Assembly (NCBI GenBank): GCA_951406725.2
Contig: OX597822.1
Span: 37,448,001 to 37,512,000 of the forward strand
Direction: 5' to 3'
From: Octopus vulgaris
Taxonomy: Eukaryota
DNA length: 64,000 bases
A model generated the notes under the pieces. That model was given only the letters and a program-made list of their open reading frames with translations. It ran no database searches and was not told the origin of the DNA. This document shows, piece by piece, positions 14,896 to 26,741 of this stretch (the stretch's first letter is position 1; every line of letters starts with the position of its first letter). The translations under genes were made by a program, and so were the position numbers.

Positions 14896-15551
14896 ATATC
14901 ATCATCATTTATTAACATCCATGTTCCTGGCATGGGTTGGATGGTTTGTCAGAATCTGACTTTTCCAAAGATTGCATCATGCTCTGATATCTGCTTCAGC
15001 ACAGTTTCTATGGATTGATGTCCTTCCTAACACCAACCACTATACAACGTGTACTGGGTTCTTTCCTTGTGGAACTAGCACTGGTGACGTTGTCATGTAG
15101 CTTGCAAGACAAAGATCCCCTTCATCTGTGTGGGGTCTACAGTAGAGAGAGGAGTGGATTTATGCTATGGGATGAGAGATTGAAGTAAGAGAGAAGGGAT
15201 CAGAATAGAACAGAATGGGCTTCTTGCTGTAGGGGAGCTTCACAGTTACTCAGATTAAAAAAGAGAGATTGAGAGTGGTTGGGTTGGAACTGGAAAGAGA
15301 TGGCTGTATTGAATTTCATTATTAGTATTTGAGTAAAGTGGCAAGCTGGCAGAATCATTAGCATGCTGGACAAAATGCTTAGTGGTATTTCATCCATCTT
15401 TTACATTCTGAGTTCAAATTCTGCTGAGGTTGACTTTACCTTCCATCTTTTCAGTGTTGATAAAATAAATACCAATCAAGTACAGGTGTCAATGTAATTG
15501 ACTTAGCCACCCACCACTCCAAATTGTTGGCCTTGTGCCGAAATATTATAC

Positions 15552-15960
15552 TCTTTTATTTGTTTCAGTTATTTGACTGCGGCCATGCTGCAGCATAGCC
15601 TTTAGTTGAAGAAATCAGCTCCAGGTCTTATTTTTTGTAAGATTAGTTCTTATTCTATCGGTGTCTTTTGCTGAACTGCTAAGTTAGGGGACGTAAACAT
15701 GCCAACATCAGTTGTCAAGCAATGGTGGAAGGACAAATGCAAACAAACACATACACACATACGTGTGTGCATGCACACACACACACACACACACACACGA
15801 TAGGCTTCTTTCAGTTTCCATCTACCAAATCCACTCACAAAGCTTTGGTTGGCCTGAGGCTATAGTAGAAGACACTTGCCCAAGGTGCCATGCTGTGGGA
15901 TTGAATCTGAAACTTTGTGGTTGCGAAGCAATCGTCTTACCACACAGCAACTCCTGCGCC
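15552..15960 (-). mobile_element. Near full-length family B SINE
   Basis: Same structure as the other family B copies. Confidence 0.85.
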
Positions 15961-16251
15961 TTTGATTATATTTCTGCCAAGATCAGCTCTGCCTCTCATT
16001 CTTCTGGAAGTGGAGTGGTAGTAAAAAAAAAAAGGTCAAGAACTGTGGTTGATATAATCAACTAAACCTGCTCCCTTTGAAATTGTTGGTCTTGTACTTA
16101 ATTTGGAAGCTATTATTATCATCAAGTACTGTGGTCAATTTAATCAGCTAACCCTTGCCCCAAATTCCAGTCCTTGTGTTCCTAAATTAGAAACAATTAT
16201 TATTATGATTAGTGACTAGAAGAATCAGTAAAGGTAGGCTAAATGCCTTTT

Positions 16252-16795
16252 CAGTTCTATATTTAAGAAATGAGGAATTATGTACATTATTTACATTGTT
16301 TACGTTTGACGGATATTTGTCCTCCTCTTGTTTGTTGTTAACACATTTTAGCTGATATACCCTCCAGCCTTCATTAGGTGTCTTGGGGAAATTTCGAACA
16401 TGGGTTCTCATTCCTAAGGTATTTTTCAATGTTATTGTTATTATTATTAAATTAAAATTATGATGAACGTAAACAAACAAACGGAGTTTGCTTTAGAAGT
16501 GTTGAGATGTCTTAGAAAGTTAAAGAAGTGATTTTAAATTCTCAAACGCAGGATAATGCTAATAACATAGCCTGAACAGGATAAGCTGCCCCTATTTTGC
16601 CACGGCCACCAACACTTTTTTCTGCAAAATAGGGATAGCTTATCTTGTTCAGGCTATATTAGTAGCATTATCCTGTATTTTAGAATTTATTAATATTATT
16701 ATTATTATTCATGTCACTGCCTGGAATCAAACTTGGAATTTTGGGTTAGTAGCCTGCACTCTTAACCACTATGCCATATGCCTGTGGGCATAATG
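16252..16795 (-). mobile_element. tRNA-headed retroposon with hammerhead-like motif (family H), copy 1
   Basis: Minus strand: tRNA-like head (TGGCATAGTGG...GTTTGATTCC, about 16780-16715), (AAT)n, body, mutated hammerhead core, 3' end ...cttaaatatagaactg. 12-bp TSD TAAATGCCTTTT at 16240-16251 and 16796-16807. Confidence 0.85.
16536..16688. repeat. Fold-back of about 150 bp inserted in family H copy 1
   Basis: Arms 16536-16600 and 16624-16688 are reverse-complementary with a few mismatches; 23-nt loop. Confidence 0.85.
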
Positions 16796-16940
16796 TAAAT
16801 GCCTTTTGTAATTTAGCTTTGTCTCTCTATGGCAATGTTCAGATGTCCTCAGAGTTGACTTTGAGTCATTCTTTGGGTTGGAAGCAGGTGTGTCAATGAA
16901 ATAAGTACCTGTCACCTACTAGGGTTGATATAGTTGATTC

Positions 16941-17245
16941 GTGAAGGTGTGTAGTGAAGTGGTTAGGGGTATTCAGCACACAACTGTAAGGCCATGAGCT
17001 TGATTCCCAGTGGTACAGTGTGTCCTTGAGCGAGACGCTTTATTTCATATAGTTCCAGTATACTCAGCTGGCAAAAATGAGTAGCACTTGTCATTCAAAG
17101 GGCCATACTGAATCTCCCTGAGAACTACGTGAAGAGTACTTGTCTGTGGAGCGCTCAGCCACTTGCACAATAATTTCACTTGCAGGTTTGTTCCTTCAAT
17201 CAGTTCAATTGGAACCCTCATCATAACTGACAGTGTGCCAGTTAT
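16941..17245 (+). mobile_element. Family C tRNA-derived SINE
   Basis: A/B-box head, gtgtccttgagcRagac core, ctcagccacttgcac...ggaaccctc tail. Related copies at 25635-25910 (-) and 63190-63470 (-); heads at 11360 and 48440. Confidence 0.7.
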
Positions 17246-17632
17246 AGGTGATTCTCTCCTTCCACCATAATTTGTGGTCTTGTGTCTATTATTTGACCAT
17301 TTACTGGTTTTGGACACCACCTTTTGAAATTTTAATTGCTTATACTATTTCGTATTTAGTTTTAGTGATTTTTGCTGAACTGGCAAAGGGACACGACACT
17401 GGTTTGCAAACCTGTATACACATACCTAAGTAACTGGCTTTTGTGTTGTTTTTGTCTTCCAAACTCCCCTCTCAAGGGGTATTGGTCAGTTTGAAGTTTC
17501 AGTGGGAGATACTCTAGGATCCACACAGTTAGAACAAATCCAGAACTACAGGGTTGGGAAGCCTGTTTCTTATTCAAACAACCTTACCTAGAACTATGTT
17601 ACAAATAATAATAATAATAAAAATAATAATAA

Positions 17633-18348
17633 TCCTTTCTACTATAGGCTCAAGGCCTGAAATTTTGGTAGGATGGGAATAATCGATAACATCAACTCCA
17701 GTACTTGACTGGTACTTAATTTATTGACACCAAACTGATGAAAGGCAAAGTCAACCTAGGTGGAATTTGAACTCAGAAAATAGCTGTAGGCAAAATACCA
17801 CTAAGCATTTCACCTGGCATGCTAACAATTCTGCCAGCTTGCCACCACAATAATGATAATAACAACAACAACAATTGTCATTGGAGTATTTGGTTCAATA
17901 TCACCCAATCTGAAAAAGACATCTGAAAACCTTAGAGATATCCTACAATCTAGATGTATTGCAAAAGTCGGCATTACTTGGAACTGCATGCAAATTGCAT
18001 AAAGTACTATCTGTCTGAGGTTCTTGTGACTTGACAGACAGTCAAAACCCTTGGTAGATACAATATCTTTAATCAACAACCTCATGATATTGTACACTGT
18101 GTGATGTCTATAATAATAATAATAATGATAATAATCCTTTCTAATATAGGCACAAGGCCTGAAATTGTTGGGGAGGGGACAAGTCAATTATACCAACCCC
18201 AGTGCATAGCTGGTACTTATTTCATTGACCCTGAAAGGATGAAAGGCAAAGTTGACCTCAGTGGAATTTGAACTCAGAACGAAAAGGCTAGACAAAATGC
18301 CATTACGCATTTTGTCCGGCGTGCTAACAACTCTGCCAGTTGCTACCT
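17633..18348 (-). mobile_element. Two family A SINEs (17633-17846, 18135-18348) in (AAT)n tracts
   Basis: Conserved core ggatgaaaggcaaagt..acct..gtggaatttgaactcag. Confidence 0.85.
17866..18110 (+). mobile_element. 3' end of an R4/Dong-type (RLE) non-LTR retrotransposon
   Basis: Translates, with one frameshift, to IVIGVFGSISPNL..HLKTLEISYNLDVLQKSALLGTACKLHKVLSV*, the PIVIGALG...LQKAALLGTA.ILRKVL C-terminus. Flanked by (TAA)n, the known Dong-type target. Confidence 0.75.
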
Positions 18349-18379
18349 TGATGATGATGATGATGGTGGCGGCGGTAGG

Positions 18380-18590
18380 TAGGTACCATTGGAGCCATCA
18401 CCAACAGACTCGACAGTTTTCTTATTGATATTGTGTAACTATGAGAGTTGCATTAATTCAGAAATCTGCAGTTTTTGAAAAGCAAGGATTGTAAGAAAAC
18501 TCTTCAATATCTAAAGAAACTGGTTGTGTCCCAGTAACAAGGACATTGGTTCTGAATGTAAAACATTCCCACACATCATTAATAATAATC
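18380..18590 (+). mobile_element. Second, more diverged R4/Dong-type 3' fragment
   Basis: GTIGAITNRLDSFLIDI...IQKSAVF..ARIVRKLFNI* followed by taataataat. Confidence 0.55.
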
Positions 18591-19085
18591 ATTATTATTA
18601 AAGTGGCGGATAGCAGAATCAGTAGAGCATCAGAAAAAATACTTGGCAGTATCTAGTCAGCTATGTCATTCATCCCACCGTGGTCCTAAAAAAGAAAGTA
18701 CTCTAGAGTGTCAGATAAAATGCTTAGTGGTTTTTGTTTGGGCTTTTTGCATTCTGAGTTCAAATTCCAGGAAGATTGACTTTGCCTTTCATTGCTATGG
18801 GGATATAATAAAGTACCAGCAAGTACTATGGTTGATTTCATTGACTAATTCCCATCTCCCAAATTTCTGTCCTTGTGCCTATATTACAAATAATTATTAT
18901 AAAACTATTCTGTTTTGATAATAAAACTGATCTATAATTGCTCCTGCAGAAATAAGTCTGGATTGTGGTTGCAAGGCGGGTGGTGGTTATTTCCAGGTCA
19001 GATCAAAGGCATTCTAGCTGTGACCATCCCATTTCTTTTTCCTGTGTGAAGGGTACCCAGTATCACATTATCCAACATGTGCTTT

Positions 19086-19310
19086 TTAACCCTTTAGCAC
19101 TCAAATTACTGTGTGAAATATAATGCTTATTTATTCACATTGTTTGGATTATCTTGCATTATCTTGTAGCTTCATGACTTCAATGTTGTGATTGTTTATT
19201 TTTAGAATGGCATTGCAGGGTAGGTGTAAGAGGTTGGATCTGGTTGGTTTGAACATAAAACAAGTAGAATATTTGACTGGATGTGGCTAGTTTAAATGCT
19301 AAAGGGTTAA
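19086..19310. mobile_element. piggyBac-like MITE (family 2), intact
   Basis: TTAA-CCCTTTAGCA ... TGCTAAAGGG-TTAA. Other copies at 49352-49940, 57225-57375 (partial) and 60251-60989. Confidence 0.85.
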
Positions 19311-20043
19311 GGCACTAGGTGTGATTTGAGGGAGATTTGGCTGATATTTCTAGCAGGTTGAGGTTCTCTTGTGGGTGGTAGTAATGATAGTTCATGGTGA
19401 GTTGGTAATTGTTGTTGTGCTGTTTAATTATAGCATAATGACTTTAACAATTGAGTAAATGAATAGAAAAATTAAGAGGTTGGGGAGTGGATAATTAAAA
19501 AAACACAGATACACACTTAGATTATTCTGCTATCACACATGCATTTACTTGTATGGATGTGCGAATATAAAGTTGGAGGCACAAACACACACATGCATAC
19601 ATAAATTTATGTACTCAAACACTTTTATGCATAAACGCAAGCTTGAATATATGTGCTCACATACACATTCATATAAGCACAGACACACATGCTCATCTAC
19701 TACAAAATACTTAAACACACTCCAATTAACTCCCATACACTAACTCACCCAGCCACACATATACATAGAGACATTGAGAAACAGACCTCATTCATGAATA
19801 CAATTACCCATCCATAAATGCATACTCTCTCTCTCTCTCTGTCACACGCATGCAAGAACACACACACACACAGCCTTTCTCTATATTTACAGTTTGACAC
19901 ATCTAGAGCCTTATCTTTTCTTTATAAGGTTTTGTAATGGAAAAGTGAAGTAAGGAAGATCTGTATGTGCATTTGTGTACATAGCTATATGTATGTGTGT
20001 CTATCTACATTTACTTACATGCATACACACACACATATGTAAG

Positions 20044-20075
<32 letters not shown>

Positions 20076-20103
20076 TGTATGTATGTATATATGTATGTAT
20101 GTA

Positions 20104-20153
<50 letters not shown>

Positions 20154-21164
20154 TGTATTTAAGTAGTAAGGTTATGTTGTAGTAGTCCCTTTCCCAGATG
20201 AAACCTGCATATATTAAGGTATTCATCATCCCTTCCACAGACTGCAGTGGATAAAGGCAGCTGGGAACTGTACTGAGATACATCACACACACACCAGCTC
20301 TGTTAGTAGTAGTGGTGGTAGCAGTAGTAGTAGTGGTCATAGTGTAGAAGGGATCCTACTAAAACTATTACTACTATCACCGCCACCAACATTGAATTTT
20401 GTAGTCATGTTGATTGTAGCAGGCTTACAGTTGTCTTTCAGGAGGGATTACTTAAAGTGATGACTACCCCACTCACTCTCTCTCTTTCTATTATTGTCTT
20501 TTTGTTTGTATTGCTTTGTCTCACCCCCCTCACTCTCCTGTATACATATATAGATATCTTGTCGATCCATCTCTGGAAAACCTTTTCATATTTTGCTTCG
20601 GTAGCATTGAGCACACACAAACACACTAGCACATGCTTACACGCACATTTTCACATATGCACGTTTTCACACACACTCACACAGGCATATACATCAGCAG
20701 CTTGTCATACATATGTGGTCTCTGCTGACACATCATTACTTTGAGGCACTTACCTGGCCAGAGTGAATTATATCTAAAACAAGTCAAGAAAGGGACAGTA
20801 ACTCTTAATATGTATGTGGTCACATACAGACACACATATGCATACAAACACATACATGCATACTGACTTGCCTATACATGCATACAGATTCACACACCCA
20901 TACATATTTATATGCAGACAGTTGTACTAATATTTGTAAATTTAGACACATACATGCAGATGCATCCCTGCAGACACGCGCATACACACACATGCATGCA
21001 CACATGTACACACACACAACTCCATCAACAGACAGTTTCTGTTGTAGAATGACCTTTCCTAGATATTGATGTTACATATTCATCCCTCTGGTCAGTGCTG
21101 ATTTAGCTACTTATTCATGTCAGACATGCACATATGTGTGTGTATTTGTGCATGCCTATGCATA

Positions 21165-21205
<41 letters not shown>

Positions 21206-22574
21206 CCTCACTGACATGAAATTATATATATAGTATGCAGTGATGATCTTGAAATTTCAGCCTGCCTGGAAGATATATTATTCTCCATACTTGGGAAAAG
21301 AAACTATACTGATATAGGGTGTGTGTGTGTATGTGTGTGTGGTGGGGCTTAGCATGTCGGGTATATATGTTTGTAGCAGTGAGAGTGAGTAACTATATTC
21401 AGATAGCCTGCAATTTACGCACCAGCTGACGTGGTGTGTGTATCTGTGACCAGATCTTAGTCCCACTTGAAGAAGCTATACTCCAGAGCAAATGTAACAT
21501 TTAAATCCTCTTTTGGTGAACTATACAGCATTACCATTTAATATAAAGTTAAATGTGAGGTGGTGATCTGACAGAATCGTTAGCATGCTGGGCAAAATGC
21601 TTGGTGGCATTTAGTCTGTCTTTATGTTCTAAGTTCAAATGATGCCAGGGTTGACTTGACCTTTCATCATTTCAGGGTCAATGAAATAAGTACCAGTTGA
21701 GTATTGGGGTTGATTTAATCAACTTTGTTCCTCACTTGAAATTGCTGGCCTCTTACCAAAATTTGAAACCAGTATAAAGTTACTCATGGTTATATTTGTG
21801 TATGTGTGTATATACATAATGCACACACACACACATACATTTAAACATGTATTATCCTTTCCAGAATAAGAATCCCTATGATCTACACACACACATACAC
21901 AATGTGCACATGCATGCACACACATGTACACACTCAAGTGTATGTGTGTGAGAGAGTGGGTGTGAATGTTTATTTCTGGGTGTCTTTGCATGATACTTTT
22001 TTAGGGGATAGTGGTGTCGTGTTTATAACTTCTGTAAACAATGCATCCTGTAGGTTGGCAGCTTTAATGTGTGAGGACCAGTAAAATGAAAACACCTTAC
22101 TTGTAAAACAGTTAAGTATTAATGATAGGTTGGTCATCCAGCCATAGAATATTGCCACAAGTTCCATCCAGCCCTGACGGTATGAGAAAAAAAATAAACA
22201 AATCCATGTAAAAATTAATATACCATCACCATATTAACATACACTTTTTCATGCTTGCATGGGTTGCACAGAATATGTTGAGGTGGAATTTCTATGGCTT
22301 GATGCTCTTCCTGTTGCTAACCCTCACTTGTTTCCACATAAGTCTCTCACACACACACACACACACATAATGTGAAACAACAGTGTTTTTGAAATAGAGG
22401 ATTATATTTACAATAATATTTAATGTAATACCAGATATGTATGGCAGCTAACAAATAGTAGTAGTAAATCAAATAGAATTATATGTGATGCTGTTGGGAA
22501 ACTCTGAGTTCTGGATGCAACTGTTCTATGTTTGTATTATATATCAAATATATGCATTTATGTATATGTATATA

Positions 22575-22806
22575 CAGGGGTAGGGTGCAAAAGTAGGTAT
22601 ACAGTTATGAAAAAAGAAAACACAATACTCATTTATTTTTATCAATATAAATTAAGTTATGATAAAAGTATTATTATAGTCATGATTAATGACACTGAAA
22701 ATATCAAAAATGAGGCTCACTAATTTAATGTGCTAATAATTTTAATGAATTAAGTATTGTAACATTGATGTGATACTTACTGTATACCTACATTTGCACC
22801 CCACTG
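22575..22806. mobile_element. Tc1/mariner MITE
   Basis: TA-CAGGGGTAGGGTGCAAAAGTAGGTATACAGT ... ACTGTATACCTACATTTGCACCCCACTG-TA, TIRs of about 28 bp. Confidence 0.85.
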
Positions 22807-23057
22807 TATACTGTATAGTCTTGGTTATGATGACTAAAACAAACCAATAAATTTTTATCAGTTGAAAAAGTTATTTCCAACCTGCTTTGTGATTATAACA
22901 TAGAAAACACTACACTACAAAAGCTTAATTTGAAAATAAGATTCAGAAAGTTTTTGCCTAACGGTTTTAGGAATATGTTTCCACAGAATATTGAAAATAA
23001 ATGACACTGCATGAGAGTGAAACTCATTTACAACTATCACTTTTACAACTATCATAA

Positions 23058-23106
<49 letters not shown>

Positions 23107-23325
23107 ACACACACACACACACACATACACACACATCATGGGTATCAAATCAACTCAAAAGGCTTTTGTTGGTTTAGGGCCATAGAAGTAACTTGTTCAA
23201 GTTGTCATGTTGTGAGACTAAACCTGAAAGCAAACTTCTTACCACTCAGCAATACTTGCACCTGTGTATTTGTGCGTGTGTGTGTGCATGTATGTATATA
23301 ATATATATAAGAATATATATTCATA

Positions 23326-23356
<31 letters not shown>

Positions 23357-23649
23357 ATATATATATATATATAGTATGTATGTTGTATATTCGTGTGTGC
23401 ATGCACACACAGTTTATTCCCTACATCATCCTGTGTTGTTTCCTGGGGCCATTAGGTGTTTTAAGTTGGAAAGCAAAGCAGATTTATTACATGCACACAC
23501 ATAGCCATGCTTGCATCTGTGTATTTGTGTGTGTCTCTCTGTGTACACATGTGTATGTATTTTGCATGTGTGTGTGTGTGTATACATCCTGTGATGCACC
23601 TGGACACATCTTTAGTGATGTTTCCTGGGGTCATTAGGTGTTTCAGGTG

Positions 23650-23915
23650 TTTCAGCAATCAGATGCTCTCACCCAGGTGACCCAACCAAGCTTAATCAAG
23701 CCCCAATTTGTGTCCGGTAAGCACAAACCCAGACAAGCGATGTAGCTGCCAGGGTTCACACTTCCTGATCCATGGTCACCTTGAAGTAACCTCTGATACC
23801 TCCACACCCACCCTGATGACCTCCTGCCTACTGGCCCCTGTGATGCCAAGGTAGATTGTAAGCTCTGCCAAGTATCAATATTTTGTGTAGCAGACCCTGT
23901 CAATCTCCCCCCAGC
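23650..23915 (-). mobile_element. Possible decayed RTE 3' fragment
   Basis: GC-richer island; minus-strand peptides EIDRVC and LASQGPVGRR resemble RTE C-termini. Confidence 0.3.
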
Positions 23916-25964
23916 ATAAAAATATGGTCATTAAAACATTGCTATTAGCAGAGATAAGTGTAAATAAAGATTGCTGTTTTATTGGTTTCAGCTAATGGGT
24001 TATGACCAAGCTGTAGCACCAACCATTCTTTTCGTAAATAATATTTTTTGTAATTACAATTCCAACCATTAGCTAAAACCAGTTTCTATTGTAATAGGTT
24101 AAGTAATTAACCATCTGTTTGTTTGTAAATATGTGCCAGAACTCTATTGTAGTGCCAAATTGGCAAACATTGGATACTAATGCTTTTTACCATTATTGAT
24201 AATATCACTAGTCATTGTGTGTGTGTGTATATGTATGTATTTCTCTTTGTATATGTGTTTTTCTGCGTAAGTTTTTTTTTGTTGTTATTTGTGTGTGTGT
24301 ATGTGTGCATGTCTCTCTCTCCCTGATTATTATTGTGCAAACATGCATTTTTGTATATGTGAGCATGTGTCTCTGTGTGTTTTTTTTGTGTATACATTTG
24401 TGTTTATTAGTGTGGGTGTGTATTTCTGTGTGTGTGTGTATGTTATATGTTTTTGTATTTTGAAGATAAATTGGTCAATGTCTTAGCAAACAGCACACTG
24501 CTTGTTTCTAAGTGTTCCCTTAATCATTCACATTACCATCTTACTGACATCCTTGGTACCCTATGCACCTAGCATGAAATGGGTGGATGGTGGTTTACCA
24601 GCCCCCAAACTCTCGCTCAGCTCTTGGTGCGGCTCTGACTGTCTGTGGCGAGCAACTGCTGTCACTTAATATCTTACAGTGAAGTAAATTTCTTGTGTTC
24701 TTGTGGCTGCTCCAGGTTTATATTTAGCATGGAATTAACCATTAGAATATTCTGGTGAGGAAGAAGTTTGTGAGAAAGAGGGGAGGGCGGATCAGTCGCC
24801 CCCCCCCCTCTTCTGCTTGACACTCAGCTTTTATCTTGCCCATTTCATGCTCATTTCTCATTCTGGAAATTACAGAAGGGCATGGAACACTCCTCTACTT
24901 CTCTGGAAGTGTGTAGAGGGGTTGTTTGGATAGCAGTAGAGTGTAGGGATGGATGGGAGGGTGTGTAGGTGTTAGAGGTGGGCTTTGTATGCAGTTGTTG
25001 AGGATAATTACCTTATGCAAGTATAGGTATAGTAGGTGGGTGAGAGGGGAGAGTAAAGTGTTATATCAGAGCCAAATATTTACTGTGTTGTGTGTATGCG
25101 TTTGTACATGTGTATGTGTGTCTGTCTGTATGCTTATGTATGTGTATTATATCTCAATGTGTTTGTGTCTGTTAGTATGCATGTATCTGTTAGTGTGCTC
25201 TTGTCTTAAAGTAATAAGTTTTCTATAAACAGTCTATATTATACACCCAGTTGATACACCCTACTTAACATACCTGTCCTACACACACAGTCTACCTTAT
25301 AGACCCAGCTGACACACCCAGTTTAATATACCCAGGTGATACATTCATTTTAACATGCCCACATGTGTGTGTGGTTGACGTCATAAGAATTTATAAACTT
25401 TCAAGATAACATGAAATAATTTTATTTTGGAACAATGGATCCCAAACTGCATAGAGCTATAACTGTGCTCATTAGTGCCGATGTAATTAAAATATTCTAC
25501 TAAATTCTTCTCAGTCATCATCTCTGTTACATCATCACTGTTGCCACCACTACGACATTACTAATGTCAGTACCACCATCATCATGATCATCACCATCAT
25601 TACCATTATCATCACTGTCACTGATATTCTGTTTGTTACAATGATGAGGGTTCCAGTTGATCCAATCAATGAAACGGCTTGCTCATGAAATGAATGTGCA
25701 AGTGGCTGAGCACTCTACAGACACAGGCGCCCTTAATGTAGTTCTCAGGGAGATTCAGCATTACACAGAATGTGATAAGGCTGGCCCTTTGAATTATAAG
25801 TAGTACTAATCTTTGTCAGCCGAGTGAACTGAAGCAATTTGAAATAAAGTGTCTTGCTCAAGGACACAACGTACCATTAGGAATCAAAACTTTTGATCTT
25901 ACTCTCAGCCAAATGCCTTCATTGTATGTATGTATGTGTGTGTATATATATATATATATAATCA

Positions 25965-26430
25965 ATCATCATTTAATGCCTATTTTCCATGCTGGCATGA
26001 GTTGGATGGCCTGATGGGAGCTGGCAAGGTCAGGGATCGTACCAGGTTCCATAGTCTGTTTTGGCTTGGTTTCTGTGGTTTTAGATACCCTTCCTAACAC
26101 TAACCACTTTACTGGATGTACTGGGTGCTTTGTGTGTGGTACCAGCACCGGTGCTTTATACGTGGCACCGGCACCGGTGCTTTATACGTGGCACCGGCAC
26201 CAGTGCTTTATACGTGGCACCGGCACCAGTGCTTTATACGTGGCACCGGCACCAGTGCTTTATACGTGGCACCGGCACCAGTGCTTTATATGTGGCACCA
26301 GCACCAGTGCTTTGTATATGGCACCTTGGTTTTAGGATATCAATTCTGTTGCGGTAGGCAGGGCTTCTTGAGTACAGCAGTGCCCCACATGTCTCAGTCC
26401 TTTGTCGCTTCCTTCATAAGGTTCAGCATT
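25965..26430 (-). mobile_element. RTE 3' UTR fragment containing a 26-bp minisatellite
   Basis: Begins with catcatttaatg..ttttccatgctggcatg (reverse complement of the RTE tail); unit CCAGTGCTTTATACGTGGCACCGGCA. Confidence 0.75.
26125..26325. repeat. 26-bp tandem repeat, about 7-8 units
   Basis: cgtgg recurs at 26161, 26187, 26213 and onward. Confidence 0.95.
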
Positions 26431-26443
26431 TTGAGATCATTCT

Positions 26444-26504
<61 letters not shown>

Positions 26505-26710
26505 TGCTATTTTTATCATTATTGTTTTACATCTGGTTCTCCATGCTGGCATATGTGGGATGGGTTTTCTGAGGCAGTTCTTAATAGCTGGATACCTTTC
26601 CTATCACTAGTGCTTTTAGTTGCCTCTTACATTTTAAGGGACATGGTATTTGTATTTTAAAATAGGGGACACACACAAGTAAACATATACAAATGCACAC
26701 ACATGTTGGT

Positions 26711-26741
<31 letters not shown>

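Noticed and set aside
26125-26325. CRISPR-like array
   Set aside because: Units abut with no spacers, in eukaryotic context inside a LINE UTR.
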